A stretch of 64,000 nucleotides of DNA from Marsupella aquatica. Its lineage: Eukaryota; Plantae; Marchantiophyta. The notes beneath the pieces were generated by a model, which saw only the letters and a list, made by a program, of their open reading frames with translations, had not been told where the DNA came from and did no database searches. The DNA lies in NCBI GenBank assembly GCA_973895155.1, contig OZ316892.1, forward strand, positions 13,084,238-13,148,237, in the 5' to 3' direction. Of the stretch, positions 62,601-64,000 are shown one piece after another (positions within the stretch are counted from its first letter, which is position 1; each line of letters opens with the position of its first letter). The translations under genes were made by a program, and so were the position numbers.

Positions 62601-64000
62601 ACGTTATAGCTCTGTCCCTGCCGGGCGAGGCGTCTACAGCTGCAATGCTACGGTACACAACTATAATAAGTAAATATACGGATAGTGCCAATTGGCTGCA
62701 GTAGAATGAATGGAGAAGACGATTTGAACAATTAAGGCTGTCGCTAGATAGAATAAAAATTATTTACTGAATCGACCTGGATTTCCATTAAATAGAAAGG
62801 TGTCATTGTAAGCGTCAAACTCCTAAACCTACGAGTATGTCTACCAAAAATCCGACAGAAGCTGTAATAAGACGTTTAGAACCCTGTCCTGAGACTCAGG
62901 TTTTAGACGTGCAGCATGGACGAAGTAACCGGCAATATGGGATTTCAAGAGAAAGAAAGTAGTAAACAGTTTGCAGAAGCGACGAGCTGCCGTCTAATTG
63001 AGATCCTGACACTTTTCATGGTCCCAGTTCTTGATCATCAAAGTCCCGAATGCATAACGGGAATATATCATCATGAACTCCATGAATAGTCAAAAACTGA
63101 AGGTCTACGTTTCTACTCTGCGATATAATATTCCCTTGCATTGCCCTATCACAATTTGATAGGAAACAAGATTCTTCACCCTTGTGCAGTGTCTAAAGCA
63201 TTAAAAGCGCACTGTACATTGAGTGTAGGCACAAGGCCTCGTACAAAGACTTCCAATTTAGTAGCAAAAAATCCTTCAAAATATATTTTGCTACATCCAG
63301 ACTGACAACACTGTCCGAAAAATGAAAGTCGGGAAAAGAAAGTACAAGTAGCTGTGACTTCTTTGGATTGAAATCTATGTCGCGCACTTGAACTGCATGT
63401 GCTTGCTCTATTCGATTTGATTGCCTGACTTTTTTCCCACCAGATCGCACCGTACAACAAATAAACCCTCATGAGCTTACAGCAGAAATTAAAAAATGCC
63501 TGTTAGTTTCCACATACAACACAAGCGGCAATCATATTTAGGTCAAAATCTCACCACTAATGTACCAATCCACCACCAAAGAGTATAGTAAGTAGGGTTA
63601 AGGCCACAAAATACGTCTAGTATGAATGAAGGAATGATAGATGCACTTCAATTCAAGCGTCTTTGGCCACTCTTCCCATTGCTAAGTTCTGTGTGGACCA
63701 GATTATCTACAATTGAGGGTAGGTAGACAAGGTGCACTCTTTCTCTGGACCCACTTCAAGATGGGACACAAAAGGGCAACGCCCTTGGAAACACTGAAAC
63801 CACTATTACACAGTCGGGTCAGACTACCCCCAACGCACTCGTGATGTGTACAACAGCAACTTGCGCGGCAAACGGCAAATAATATAGGGGATTTGGGAGA
63901 GTTCGTCGAGAGGTCTCTGCGCTAAGATTATGGGCCGTTCTTCTGTGCCCTTCTTAAAGATACTTACCTCATGCTGCGAAGGTCCCACATCTGGATGGAG
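59641..64000 (-). CDS. WD40 protein EIPR1/TSSC1 (plant DWA2-like), 3' part; 5' end lies beyond the window
   Basis: Minus-strand exons read SIQMWDLRSMR | QSNRIEQAHAVQVRDIDFNPKKSQLL | VTAGDDSKIRIWDMKMPRTPLAELPGHAHW | TWRVKYNPKYDELIL | SSGTDYVVNLW | DPFVQSYTEHEDSVY | GIAWSAADPWVFASLSYDGR | VIVDFVPQSARKNLGQSN* (last exon 59697-59641). Confidence 0.9.
60140..60428. repeat. Intronic tandem repeat, ~95 bp x2 plus one diverged copy
   Basis: GAAGCAAGCTCTCTCAGCCTGTAGTTATGGTCTTAGTGGTACATAGCTTATTGTCCCCAATGTTAACAAGCT at 60232 and 60327. Confidence 0.9.

Overview
Eukaryotic nuclear DNA from a land plant, probably a bryophyte such as a liverwort or moss. This is inferred from short GT-AG introns, plastid-targeted genes, a CCCH-bearing Pumilio and a peptidoglycan-binding-domain protein. 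Eight intron-containing genes can be assembled by hand: XPD/ERCC2 helicase (+), LIL3 (-), an uncharacterised putative plastid protein with a split peptidoglycan-binding domain, TM helix and coiled coil (+), plastid NFU Fe-S scaffold (-), YIPF1/2-type Yip1 (+), Pumilio with a CCCH zinc finger (-), a small coiled-coil protein (+), and the 3' part of an EIPR1/TSSC1/DWA2 WD40 gene (-). Intergenic DNA holds many tandem repeats, dispersed TE-like repeats, a tRNA-derived SINE with poly(A) tail and 12-bp TSD, and a copia-type PPT+LTR. It also holds a ~3.6-kb inverted-repeat-bounded block carrying frameshifted fragments of an LRR-kinase and a DUF599 gene (Pack-element-like), and a perfect 22-bp hairpin. 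The best candidate for new biology is the PG-binding membrane protein. No CRISPR array, rRNA or intact tRNA was seen. All homology calls are from motif recognition by eye, not database searches.
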